NCBI GenBank assembly: GCA_039588335.1
Contig: JBDGZZ010000003.1
Location: forward strand, 1,907-65,906
Direction: 5' to 3'
Source of the DNA: Gemmatimonadota bacterium
Lineage (GTDB): Bacteria; Gemmatimonadota; Gemmatimonadetes; Gemmatimonadales; GWC2-71-9
DNA: 64,000 bases
Below the pieces are notes generated by a model. That model saw nothing but the letters and a program-made list of their open reading frames with translations. It made no database searches and was not told where the DNA came from. This document shows, piece after piece, positions 10,286-19,598 of this stretch. The position numbers were made by a program, and so were the translations under genes. Position 1 is the first letter of the stretch. Every line of letters starts with the position of its first letter.

Positions 10286-10789
10286 ATGAAACAGATCTTG
10301 CTGTTGGCTGTTACACTCTCACTGGTATCCGTCGTCGGCTGTGCGGCGGGCGAAGCGGATCCAGATACCGTTGCCCAGGTGCGTCTCGGCATTGGGCTGA
10401 TCAACTCCGAGCTTCAGGAGGCATACCGGGCCGGTGACCCGGAGCGTGTGGCGACGCTGTTTGCAGAAGATGTGATCCTCATGCCCAACAAGGCGCCCAG
10501 CCTTCACGGATCTGATGCCGTACGAAGCCTTCTGACGAACTTCTTCGGGAACTCTACGGTAACTACCTACGATCTCACGACAGATGAACTCCATGTGTAC
10601 GGTGAGACGGCGTACGAGTGGGGTACGTTCCAGTGGAGATCGGTGGTGAGCGAGCAGGACACGATAGTAGAGCAGGGTCGCTACAGCGCGGTCCGCAAAA
10701 AGAGCCCCGATGGTAGATGGCTGATTCACCGTTTGATCGAGAACACGATGCCCGCCGGGCATCCCGATACGAACTCTCCCGGAGGCTGA
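10286..10789 (+). CDS. Lipoprotein with NTF2-like (DUF4440/SnoaL-like) domain
   Basis: Lipobox LVSVVGC. NTF2-like pattern (AYRAGDPERVATLFAEDVILMPN...YGETAYEWGTF...DGRWLIHRLI). Confidence 0.6.
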   Translation: MKQILLLAVTLSLVSVVGCAAGEADPDTVAQVRLGIGLINSELQEAYRAGDPERVATLFAEDVILMPNKAPSLHGSDAVRSLLTNFFGNSTVTTYDLTTDELHVYGETAYEWGTFQWRSVVSEQDTIVEQGRYSAVRKKSPDGRWLIHRLIENTMPAGHPDTNSPGG

Positions 10790-10796
10790 TTCAGCC

Positions 10797-11279
10797 ATGA
10801 TCGATCTGGACGTTCGCATCGTACGGCTTGGACCGATGAGTGTAGCGAGTGTCCGGGCCGTCGGTGAAGCACCCGAGAGCGACGCCTGGGGGAAGCTTCG
10901 TACATGGGCCGAGCCTCGGGACCTGCTTGCCGATAACGATTCGCATCCGGTGTTCGGCTTCAACAATCCCAACCCATCTCGAGATCGTAAAGACTACGGT
11001 TACGAACTGTGGATCAAGGTCGAGCCGGACATCGCACCCTCCGCCGAAGTCCAGACCAAGGACTTCGCGGGTGGGCTATACGCAGTGACCGAGTGCAGGC
11101 TCCATGGTGATCCGAAGGGCAGCGTGCCTGAAGTTTGGAGAGCCCTGTGGGAGTGGACCAAGTCGAGTGAATACACCTGGCGGCAGGACACGCACGAGCT
11201 GGAAAGGGTGAGAAACCCGCGGGCTGGTGAAGAGGAGCTGGTGTTGGAGCTGTATCTACCGATACGGGAAGACGCCTGA
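10797..11279 (+). CDS. GyrI-like / AraC effector-binding domain protein
   Basis: 160 aa. VRIVRLGPMSVASVRAVG...FGFNNPNP...YELWI...GGLYAV pattern of GyrI-like small-molecule-binding domains. Confidence 0.55.
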   Translation: MIDLDVRIVRLGPMSVASVRAVGEAPESDAWGKLRTWAEPRDLLADNDSHPVFGFNNPNPSRDRKDYGYELWIKVEPDIAPSAEVQTKDFAGGLYAVTECRLHGDPKGSVPEVWRALWEWTKSSEYTWRQDTHELERVRNPRAGEEELVLELYLPIREDA

Positions 11280-11294
11280 GTCTACGTGTGGTCC

Positions 11295-11939
11295 TTAAGG
11301 GGTGACAATACGGACGCCTTCGGGCACCACGAAGCTCAACTCAGATTCGGGAATCGGTTGCCCAGTTACTAGGCTTTCGAACACGAGCGTGCGCTGTTGC
11401 CCCGAGCGCTCTCGAACCGCCAACCTGATGAGAAGGCCGGTCTCTCTAGATATGGCGATCTCAGCCATTCGAAACGGAAGATCCTCGTAGCGTGGGGCAA
11501 GTCTCACCACGTCCGCTACCTCTCCACTCAGAGTGTCCACTCCGACGTACGATGCGCGATAGTGCTCTAACGGCCGGTCGACGAACTGAGCCAACAGGTT
11601 GGGGCTCGCTGCCCCTTGGTTGGGTATCGGTTGTCTGATGACCTGATCCGGTACCGTGCTTGGCGTGAATGCCCATAACCATGTCCCATCCACCACGATT
11701 CGGTCGCCGACCGGGTTACTGAATCGCATTGCAAAACGACTCGGGGGCGCCAGAAACAGCATCCCACGCGTTTCCTCGGGCGCTCCCAACATCGGGTTCG
11801 AGATCGTTTGAGTGAACTGTGCTTGTAGTGTCTCTATCCTCTGATAGACATACTCGGCACGCATGAGCGCCGACATCGCATCCTGTGCTGACAGCGGCGA
11901 CGTTATGAGCGCCACAAGTAGGATCCCGGAGGGTCTCAT
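11295..11939 (-). CDS. LolA-like outer-membrane lipoprotein carrier family protein
   Basis: Signal peptide, then YQRIETLQAQFTQTI...GMLFLAPPSRFAMRF...DGTWLWAF pattern. 4-nt overlap with the upstream DAHP synthase gene. Confidence 0.6.
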   Translation of the reverse strand: MRPSGILLVALITSPLSAQDAMSALMRAEYVYQRIETLQAQFTQTISNPMLGAPEETRGMLFLAPPSRFAMRFSNPVGDRIVVDGTWLWAFTPSTVPDQVIRQPIPNQGAASPNLLAQFVDRPLEHYRASYVGVDTLSGEVADVVRLAPRYEDLPFRMAEIAISRETGLLIRLAVRERSGQQRTLVFESLVTGQPIPESELSFVVPEGVRIVTP

Positions 11940-12979
11940 GCCCTCAACGAGGCGAGCGGTTTTGCTATCCGCCGGCCACTTGCCGCTGCAATTCCTCGAG
12001 CCTGGTTCATGAGCTCGGCGAACTGCTCGGGATAGAGGGTCTGCGCGCCGTCAGAGAGGGCCTTGTCGGGAGATGCATGTACCTCGACCATGATCCCGTG
12101 GGCACCAGCAGCCACAGCCGCACGTGCCATCGGGATCACTTTGTCGCGGCGTCCAGTTGCGTGGCTCGGGTCTGCGATTATCGGAAGGTGCGATAGCGAT
12201 TGCACCACCGGGATTGCGGTCAGATCGAACACGTTGCGTGTACTGTTGTCGAAGCTGCGGATGCCGCGCTCGCACAGGATGACTTCGTGGTTGCCCTCTG
12301 CCAGAAGGTACTCTGCAGACAGGAGCAATTCGTTGATCGTCGCTGCGATTCCACGCTTGAGCAGGACCGGCTTGCCCACCTTGCCGGCGCGCTTGAGCAG
12401 CGAGAAGTTTTGCATGTTCCGCGCGCCGATCTGAATGATGTCCGCATATTTGGCGACCAGGTCGACCCCTTCCGGGTCTATGGCCTCAGTGACTACCAGA
12501 AGGCCTGTTTCCTCTCGCGCTTTGGCCAACAACTCCAGGCCCTGCTCGCCCAGTCCCTGGAAGGAATAAGGTGACGTGCGCGGCTTGAACGCACCTCCTC
12601 GGAGGACAGATGCGCCAGCCTCTCGAACCAGCCGGGCGGTCTCGATGATCTGAGTCTCCGACTCCACGGAACAAGGTCCGGCCATGACGACTACCTCGTC
12701 ACCACCTATGGCCAGGCCTCCGGGCAATTCCACTATTGTGGGCTCTTGTTTCCACTCTCGCGAAACCTGCTTGTAGGGCTGCGTTACGTGGATGATTTCC
12801 TTGACACCAGGCAGAGTTGCTAAGAGAGAAGCGTCAACCCGACCGTCGTTGCCCACCAGGCCGACGGCTGTCCGCTGGGCGCCAGGCATAGGGCATGCCT
12901 GGTAACCCAATGTTTCTATGGTGTCGACAACGCGTTGCACCTGATCAGAATCGGCGCCGTGCTCCATTACAACTAGCAT
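11936..12979 (-). CDS. aroF: 3-deoxy-7-phosphoheptulonate (DAHP) synthase, type I-beta with N-terminal ferredoxin-like regulatory domain
   Basis: MLVVMEHGADSDQVQRVVDTIE (regulatory domain), then VVVMAGPCSVES...LRGGAFKPRTSPYSFQGLG...DIIQIGARNMQN...KRG...DPSH. Confidence 0.9.
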   Translation of the reverse strand: MLVVMEHGADSDQVQRVVDTIETLGYQACPMPGAQRTAVGLVGNDGRVDASLLATLPGVKEIIHVTQPYKQVSREWKQEPTIVELPGGLAIGGDEVVVMAGPCSVESETQIIETARLVREAGASVLRGGAFKPRTSPYSFQGLGEQGLELLAKAREETGLLVVTEAIDPEGVDLVAKYADIIQIGARNMQNFSLLKRAGKVGKPVLLKRGIAATINELLLSAEYLLAEGNHEVILCERGIRSFDNSTRNVFDLTAIPVVQSLSHLPIIADPSHATGRRDKVIPMARAAVAAGAHGIMVEVHASPDKALSDGAQTLYPEQFAELMNQARGIAAASGRRIAKPLASLRA

Positions 12980-12988
12980 ACGAGATTC

Positions 12989-13759
12989 CTAACCGTCATT
13001 ACCGACTTGAAACCGGGCTCCGTCGAACGCGAGGTCAACCGGAGCACCGTAGGCTTGTGACGCGACAGCGGCGGGGTCGACATCGTCGAACAGCGGATAG
13101 AAGTGGGTCAACACCAGCTTCCGCGCCCGGGCAGCCTGTCCCAACTCACCAGCGAGTTTGGGCGTCAAATGTACGTCGATCGCTCGGTGATCGGGTAGCG
13201 AACACTCCGCCAACAAGAGGTCGCACCCTGAGGCCCAGGTTGCCAGTGCATCGCTGGGGCCCGTGTCGCCCGTGTACACCAAATGGCCCGTTCTATCCCG
13301 TACCGCGTAAGCCACGCTGTGTTCCGTATGGGGGGTGTCGAATGCTTCGAGCGTGAGGCCGTCGGCCAACACAATCGGCATCTGCGGCACAATCTCAGCC
13401 ACCTCCAAGGGGTACCCGGGTTCGAGCACCCATTCACCCAGCGCTCCGGCCAGCATGACGAGCCGAGAACGGAAGCCAACGGGACCTATGAGTTGGAGTG
13501 GTGCCGAGCGCGCGGGCTCGATTCCCCATTTCAAGGCGAACAGCAGCGCCGGCAGTTCGCCCCAGTGGTCCACGTGGAAATGACTCAGCGCGACGTGAGT
13601 TACCTCGTTCCAGGGTATACCCAGCGAGGCGGCCCGGTGTAGGGTCCCGGCCCCGCAGTCCAGCAATAGCCGGGTCTGTCCGGCAGTTACCCAGTGTGCC
13701 GGGGCTGTGCGCTCGCTCGAGGGAGCTACAGTGCCACTTCCGATTACCACTAGTTGCAT
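12989..13759 (-). CDS. MBL-fold metallo-hydrolase (short RNase Z / RNase BN-like)
   Basis: MQLVVIGSGT...LLLDCGAGT...HVALSHFHVDHWGELP...TGDTG...LTHF. Confidence 0.7.
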   Translation of the reverse strand: MQLVVIGSGTVAPSSERTAPAHWVTAGQTRLLLDCGAGTLHRAASLGIPWNEVTHVALSHFHVDHWGELPALLFALKWGIEPARSAPLQLIGPVGFRSRLVMLAGALGEWVLEPGYPLEVAEIVPQMPIVLADGLTLEAFDTPHTEHSVAYAVRDRTGHLVYTGDTGPSDALATWASGCDLLLAECSLPDHRAIDVHLTPKLAGELGQAARARKLVLTHFYPLFDDVDPAAVASQAYGAPVDLAFDGARFQVGNDG

Positions 13760-16029
13760 TAGAAATCCCGACCCATGAACACAATTCGCTTCAGGAATGT
13801 GCCGTCCGGTGTCTTGAGCCGAGCCAGGTATATTCCGCGCGTGACTGCCCTTCCTTGGGAGTCAGTCCCGCCCCATTGCAGACGGGAATCACAACTGTCC
13901 TGTTGACCCGAACTACCGCGGCCATATCGGCCGGCCTCCAGTATCGTGGGGAACTCGGTTCCCGGTACGAGATTACGTACCACGTGCCCGCGGACGTCGA
14001 GGATGTCTAGCTGAGCCTCACCGGCGTGCGCCAGGTCGAACCACAGGCAGGTCGATCTCACTCCGGTCGTGGTGTTGGGGAATGGATTGGGGAAGTTCTG
14101 AAACAGCAGTGTCTTAGTCGGAATCGACTCGTCCACGATCAAGAACGTGCTTTGGCTTTCCGTCACTGTACTGTCATCGCCCAACCACGATACCACCTGC
14201 CACTTGTAGGGTGTGTTGAGGTCCAAGTCTTGTGCTGTCGTATACTCGGTCTCCGGGTGGTCCGTAATGGTGAATGCCGGAAACTCATTGTCCACTCGGA
14301 ATACGGTGACATCGTACGTGAAAGGTCCCGGTGGACTGATCACGTCGGGCGATTCCCAGACCAGCGTTGGCCTTCGTTCGCGGATAGTCGCACCCTGCGG
14401 CTCATTGAAGGTGAGTAGACTAGCCCAATCCGGCGCGACGTACTCGTCGGTCACCGGCAGAGTGAGCGTCAGCGAGTCGGCCGATGTTGCGGAGAGTTCC
14501 AGAGCGATTCGGTCACCCGGTCTCAACAGGGTGGACAGCTGCAGTTCAGTTTCGGTGAGTGTAGTGTCCACCAAGACCTCTGAGAACGTAGTGTCGGTAG
14601 CGACCCTGATTCCGTAAGTGACGGGTCGGGCGAACGAGGGGACGCCGGGAGCATCCCAAGTGATGAGTGGAGTCACGGAGGTCAAGACCGAGCCCGCCGG
14701 GCTCGTGACCAACACGCCCCGTGGGAAAGATGCGGCTACCGCCGAATTTGGCCGGCCCCATCCAGTCAAGGAATCGGGGTTGCTTCGGTTGGAGGCCGTT
14801 CGCTTCAGAGCCTCGAGTACCTCGGCGGGACTGAGAGTCGGATCCACTTGGCGCAGCAGGGCTGCCGTTCCCGCGATCAACGGAGTGCTGAACGACGTCC
14901 CATCTTTTCGTGCAAAACCGGATGGGGCCAGCGGGTCCACCGTGAATATTGCCCGGCCGGGCGCTACCAGGTCCGGCTTGATCCGCCCATCAGCGGTTGG
15001 CCCGCGCGAGCTGAAGGACTGTAGAACTCCCAAGGAGTCTTCCGCCCCCACTGCAATCACCGAGTCGCCGTCCGCTGGTGTCAGCAGCGAGCCAAATCCC
15101 TGTGTGCCGCTGTTACCGACGGCCGTGACGACGACGATGCCGCGTGCTGCAGCTTGATCTGCTGCGATGGTGGTGATGGCGACGTCGCCGTTCAAGTCCG
15201 CGAATGAGTAGCTAAACAGGTCGTCGAATCCGAGGTAGGTGAGGCTGGAACTGACTACGTCCGCCCCTAGTGAGTCTGCCCACTCCAGGGCTGCTACGTA
15301 TGCGTCTTCCTCGGTCCTGAACTCACCTCGTATGTCCTCCGTCTTGGCCAATATGTACTCGGCGTCGGGTGCGATACCGATGATCTGGTTCGGCAAGTTT
15401 GCGGCTAGGAGGGACCATACGCTCGTGCCATGTTGTGATGCTCCGGCCGGATCGCCCGGCTCGTTGCGAACGATGGAGTCGCCGTCTACGAAATCTCGCT
15501 GCGCCACCACCCTCGCTCCAACGAACGCCGCGTGTTCCGTCTCGAACCCGGTATCCAAGATCGCTATGCGCACACCACTGCCCGTCAATCCGTGCTCCAC
15601 CAACGGAAACACGTTGAGTCTGCGCAACGGCATGGCGGACGCACCAAAGAGTGTATCAACTCCCGCTGCGACTGCAGCAGGGGCGAGCGATCGGACAACG
15701 ACGGTGGGAAGGCTTCGCTTGCCGCTGAAACGGGCTACCGGCTGTATGTGTTGCAGTCGGCTCGACCGTCGAGTTTGCTCGAGTTGAGTCGAGGTCAAAT
15801 CGGCAGAGACTGCGTGAAGCCAACGGCTGCGGTGCCGGACACGGCCGCCGACTTGAGCTACGAGTTGCTCAATTTGGCTCAGGGAGAATGTGGGCCGAAC
15901 CATCAACCAGACGGCCACCGTGTCCTGCCGTTGGAAGTTCGCCAGAGCGGGCGAAACGGTGGGTTGCTGTGCTTGTACCGCCGTCGCAACAATGATCAGG
16001 GCTCCGACGATGGCAGCCCTACGGATCAA
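13759..16029 (-). CDS. Secreted S8 (subtilisin-family) serine peptidase with C-terminal FlgD-Ig/T9SS-type sorting domain
   Basis: Catalytic triad D (VRIAILDTGF), H (HGTSVWS), S (GTSFSTPLIAGTAALL). C-terminal LLFQNFPNPFPNTT...IYLARL block. I place the start at TTG 16029..16027, which has AGGAGG 10 nt upstream, gives signal peptide LIRRAAIVGALIIVATAVQAQ, and overlaps the smc TGA. Confidence 0.85.
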   Translation of the reverse strand: MIRRAAIVGALIIVATAVQAQQPTVSPALANFQRQDTVAVWLMVRPTFSLSQIEQLVAQVGGRVRHRSRWLHAVSADLTSTQLEQTRRSSRLQHIQPVARFSGKRSLPTVVVRSLAPAAVAAGVDTLFGASAMPLRRLNVFPLVEHGLTGSGVRIAILDTGFETEHAAFVGARVVAQRDFVDGDSIVRNEPGDPAGASQHGTSVWSLLAANLPNQIIGIAPDAEYILAKTEDIRGEFRTEEDAYVAALEWADSLGADVVSSSLTYLGFDDLFSYSFADLNGDVAITTIAADQAAARGIVVVTAVGNSGTQGFGSLLTPADGDSVIAVGAEDSLGVLQSFSSRGPTADGRIKPDLVAPGRAIFTVDPLAPSGFARKDGTSFSTPLIAGTAALLRQVDPTLSPAEVLEALKRTASNRSNPDSLTGWGRPNSAVAASFPRGVLVTSPAGSVLTSVTPLITWDAPGVPSFARPVTYGIRVATDTTFSEVLVDTTLTETELQLSTLLRPGDRIALELSATSADSLTLTLPVTDEYVAPDWASLLTFNEPQGATIRERRPTLVWESPDVISPPGPFTYDVTVFRVDNEFPAFTITDHPETEYTTAQDLDLNTPYKWQVVSWLGDDSTVTESQSTFLIVDESIPTKTLLFQNFPNPFPNTTTGVRSTCLWFDLAHAGEAQLDILDVRGHVVRNLVPGTEFPTILEAGRYGRGSSGQQDSCDSRLQWGGTDSQGRAVTRGIYLARLKTPDGTFLKRIVFMGRDF

Positions 16030-19000
16030 GACGCCACCGCCTCCTGGCCCAAACGTACTCCGACGATGGTTGATACTCCGGGTTCCTGCATCGTCACTCC
16101 GTAGACGGAATCCGCAACCTGCATTGTGCGCGGATTGTGAGTGATCACGATGAACTGCGTATCCAGCTTGAATTCGTCCAGTAGACGCACAAATCGAGTC
16201 ACATTCGCGTCGTCTAGTGGTGCATCCACCTCGTCCAGCAAGCAAAACGGTGCTGGCTTGGTCAGGTAGATGGAGAACAATAGTGACAGTGCCACGAGCG
16301 CCCGCTCACCCGAAGACAGCAAGTGGATGCGTTGCGTACGCTTGCCACGCGGTGCTGCGAAGATCTCGATCACACTTTCCAACGGGTCGCCCTCGTCCAT
16401 CAGCCGTACGTCGCATTCACCGCCCTCGAACAGAGTCTGGAAGACGTTGCCGAAGTTCTCGCGGATCTGCTCGAAGGTCTCCACGAACATCTTGCGTGCG
16501 GTCTCGTCGATTTCTCGCAGTGCCTGTAGCAGGCCTTTCCGAGCTTCCACGAGATCGTCGCGCTGCTCTTGGAGGAACTGAAGGCGCTTGACCTCCTCGG
16601 CGTGCTCGTGAACCGCCAGCGGGTTCACCGGCCCGAGTGCCTCGAGGGCTCGGGCGAGTCGTTCCGCCTCTTCCTCCAGGATCGCGGTGTCGCCATCGAT
16701 TTCACCGGCGCTCTCGAGTAACTCGCGCAGCGGTTTGTGCCACTCAACTTCAATCCGTTCCACCAAGGCCTGCCTGTGGCCGGCCGATTGGGTCAGTTCG
16801 AGTTCCGCTTGGTGGGCTTCTTCGTTCAACTGCTCCAGATTGTCACGGGCCCGATTAATAGACTCATCCGCAGCCGCGACCGCGGCATCGGAGGTGCGAA
16901 CCGCCTGCTCCGCCTCAACCGCCGCAGTCTCCACTTGTTGGATCGTGACGCGACGTTCGGCTAGAGCATCGTCCCACTTTGCGCGGTTCTCAGTAGTCTC
17001 TCGAGTGTTTTCCTCGATCTCACCCATCTCTCGCTCGAGGGAAGCCATTTCTTCTCTGGCACTTGCCAGAGTCTTGCTTGCTCGAGACTCACTCTCTCGT
17101 GCCGACTGTTCCCGTGCCGATACCTGTGCTTCTTCTACCTGCCAGTGTACACGCCGTTCACGTGCCGCCTCTTGGGCCGACTCCAGGTCAGAGAGCGTCG
17201 TGCGATGACTTTCTAGATCGCGCCCCAGCCGTTCGCGTTCTTGCTCCGATGCGATGAGCTCCTGCTCGAGTTTCTTGAGACGTTCGGAACGTTCCTCGAG
17301 GCGCTGAGTCAACCGGCGAACCGATTGGTCGGCTTCGGATTTTTCCCGCTCAGCACGATGCTGATCTCGCACGGCATCGTCGCTGGCACCCTGCGCCTCG
17401 CGCAGTGATTGGCGGGCTCGGTCGGCCTGGGCATTGGCGCCTTCCAAGCTTCTTTCGGCCGACTGCTGTAGATCCGCAGCTCCCTTGGCCGCCGCGCTGA
17501 GTCTGTTCAGTTCGCCCTCGGCGTTCTTCAGTTGCTCAACCAGGGAATCCAGTTCGGCACGGCGCCTGATGGGACCGCTGGTATCAGCGCTGGGAAGGTA
17601 GATCGATCCATTGGAACGCCGGATCGCCTCGTTGCCTGGTCCGAGCGAACTGGATCCCGCCAACAGAGCGCGCACCCAGTCCTGAGCCGGTGGGTCGACC
17701 GTCAGCTCGAGCGGGCGCTCCGTCGTAATTGCGGTCGGACCGGGCGATACGGGCAGCAGCACCAGGGGGCCCGGTTGCGCCTCGCCATGCCACTCTCGTA
17801 CCGATGCAACTGTCGCATGATCCAGCACCAGCACGGCGTGTAGCCAGTCGGCCAGCAGGTGCTCCATTCTGCGTGCGTCCGACTCGGAGGTGGACACGTA
17901 GTCGCTCAGCGGACCGAGAATCGCACCGTCACCAAACCGGTCCCGGTTGAGGAGCAACTCTCGAGCGGCCGGGGCGAGTCCCTCACGGGCTCTCTGAAGC
18001 TCTTCGAGCGCTCCCTTGCGGGCTCCCAGCTGAGCAATTGTCTCTTCGGCCGATCGCAGCTCGATCCGGAGTGCCGCATCGTGTTCACGAGCCGCTGCCA
18101 GGCTGTGTCGTGCTCGTTCTAATTCGCTGACCGCGGCGCGCTCCTGCCGCTGACGCCCGTCCAGCTCAGCTCGGGCCTGCTCCAACTGCTGGTGGGCAGC
18201 ATCCAATGTCCGCGCCGCCACGTCCCGGCGGGCCTCCACCTCGCGCTTCTGCTCGCCCAGTTCTTCCAGCTCGTGCTCGATTGCAGTCCGCTCTCCTTGC
18301 AGAGCGCGGAGGATCTCTGCCTGGCGTTGGCTGGACGCTTCGGTCTCGCGGACGAGTTCCCGGTGCGAGGCGAGACGCTCGCGTACCTCTTCCTCGCCGG
18401 CGGATCTGAGGTCGAGTTCGGTCTGAACAGATTGGCGCGCCGATTCTGCTGCCTCACGCTCCGCAGCCGCGGCGTCGCGTTCCCGATCCGCCTGCTTCGC
18501 GTGCTCGGTTGCCTGCTGGTGCTCGACCAGTGCTCTTTCTTTCCGGCTGGTTGCGTTGGCCAACCGCTCGGAAGCGAGATTGAGATCTCCCTCGAGCCGC
18601 TCTACCTCGACACGAGTCTCACTCAACCTGCGCTCGAGCTCGGTGCGTCTGGCTTCGGCCGTTGCTCGGGCCTGCACCCGTTCATCCCGCTGTCGTTCCA
18701 GTTCGGAGAGGGACTCCCGTGCCTGAGGGATCCGAACCGCGAGATCGGTGCGCTTCGCTTTCAGGCCGGACTCCTCCTGATCCATCCGGACCAAAGCACG
18801 GCGGGTCAGGGTCATCACGATTCCGCAGCGCTCGGCAACGAACTTGTCGTAGCGCTCCGCCTTGCCCCGCTGACGGGCCAGAGAGCGTACCTGTGTTTGC
18901 ACCTCGGATATGAGGTCGTCCAGCCTCTGCAGGTCCTCCGAGGTCCGCTCGAGCCTGCGTTCCGTGCTGATCTTGCGATCCCGGTACAGACCTATGCCTG

Positions 19001-19493
19001 CCGCCTCCTCGAACAGAGACCGCCTCTCGTCAGGTCGATCCGAGAGCAACCGGTCGATCATCTGAGCTTCGATGACTACTCCCACATCGCTACCGAGACC
19101 GGTACCGTGCAGCAGGTCCTGAACGTCTCTCAGCCGCACCGGGGAGCCGTTCACCAAGTAGTCGCTCTGACCGTTGCGTGACAGCCTACGGGTCACCACC
19201 ACTTCGCCGTAGGCGACAGCCATGCTCTCGTCGCTGTTGTCGAGGTGGAGTGCTACCTCTGCGATATTGATGGGGCGTCGCTTGGCTGAACCTTGAAAGA
19301 TCACTTCGTCCATCTTGGCGCCACGCAGGAGGCGCACGCGCTGCTCACCCAATACCCAGCGAACTGCGTCGGATATATTTGACTTGCCGCAACCGTTCGG
19401 GCCGACGATTGCCGTCACGCCGTCCTCGAATGGGAGCTGAATCGTATCTGCAAAGGACTTGAATCCCGACAGCTCGAGCCGGGTGAGTTTCAT
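16026..19493 (-). CDS. smc: Chromosome partition protein Smc
   Basis: MKLTRLELSGFKSFAD...GPNGCGKSNISDA Walker A, long coiled coils, hinge, C-terminal LSGGE-type signature (LLSSGERALVAL) and Walker B (FCLLDEVDAPLD). Confidence 0.95.
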   Translation of the reverse strand: MKLTRLELSGFKSFADTIQLPFEDGVTAIVGPNGCGKSNISDAVRWVLGEQRVRLLRGAKMDEVIFQGSAKRRPINIAEVALHLDNSDESMAVAYGEVVVTRRLSRNGQSDYLVNGSPVRLRDVQDLLHGTGLGSDVGVVIEAQMIDRLLSDRPDERRSLFEEAAGIGLYRDRKISTERRLERTSEDLQRLDDLISEVQTQVRSLARQRGKAERYDKFVAERCGIVMTLTRRALVRMDQEESGLKAKRTDLAVRIPQARESLSELERQRDERVQARATAEARRTELERRLSETRVEVERLEGDLNLASERLANATSRKERALVEHQQATEHAKQADRERDAAAAEREAAESARQSVQTELDLRSAGEEEVRERLASHRELVRETEASSQRQAEILRALQGERTAIEHELEELGEQKREVEARRDVAARTLDAAHQQLEQARAELDGRQRQERAAVSELERARHSLAAAREHDAALRIELRSAEETIAQLGARKGALEELQRAREGLAPAARELLLNRDRFGDGAILGPLSDYVSTSESDARRMEHLLADWLHAVLVLDHATVASVREWHGEAQPGPLVLLPVSPGPTAITTERPLELTVDPPAQDWVRALLAGSSSLGPGNEAIRRSNGSIYLPSADTSGPIRRRAELDSLVEQLKNAEGELNRLSAAAKGAADLQQSAERSLEGANAQADRARQSLREAQGASDDAVRDQHRAEREKSEADQSVRRLTQRLEERSERLKKLEQELIASEQERERLGRDLESHRTTLSDLESAQEAARERRVHWQVEEAQVSAREQSARESESRASKTLASAREEMASLEREMGEIEENTRETTENRAKWDDALAERRVTIQQVETAAVEAEQAVRTSDAAVAAADESINRARDNLEQLNEEAHQAELELTQSAGHRQALVERIEVEWHKPLRELLESAGEIDGDTAILEEEAERLARALEALGPVNPLAVHEHAEEVKRLQFLQEQRDDLVEARKGLLQALREIDETARKMFVETFEQIRENFGNVFQTLFEGGECDVRLMDEGDPLESVIEIFAAPRGKRTQRIHLLSSGERALVALSLLFSIYLTKPAPFCLLDEVDAPLDDANVTRFVRLLDEFKLDTQFIVITHNPRTMQVADSVYGVTMQEPGVSTIVGVRLGQEAVAS

Positions 19494-19553
19494 CGTCTCA
19501 TTCCTGTAGTCACACCGATTGCTGTAAAAGGCATCCAGAAAATGTACGCGGGG

Positions 19554-19578
19554 AAAACCCGATCCCGAAGGCCCGGTT
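19554..19578 (-). terminator. Possible intrinsic terminator after the SPOR gene
   Basis: Minus strand reads ACCGGGCC-TTCG-GGATCGGGT, an imperfect stem with a TTCG loop, followed by TTTT. Confidence 0.35.
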
Positions 19579-19598
19579 TACGGCAGTGGGAAATCGCT

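Noticed and set aside
11279-11295. A second occurrence of the TCTACGTG 8-mer (gagtctacgtgtgg) between two convergent genes, possibly related to the 29855-29893 array
   Set aside because: A single 8-mer match is expected by chance about once or twice in 64 kb on two strands.
16030-16245. N-terminal 72-codon extension of the S8 peptidase ORF, overlapping the end of smc
   Set aside because: The extension overlaps the smc coding sequence out of frame and has artefact-like composition (RRRECDSICAS...). It would also bury the signal peptide. The TTG at 16029 with AGGAGG upstream gives a proper secreted precursor.
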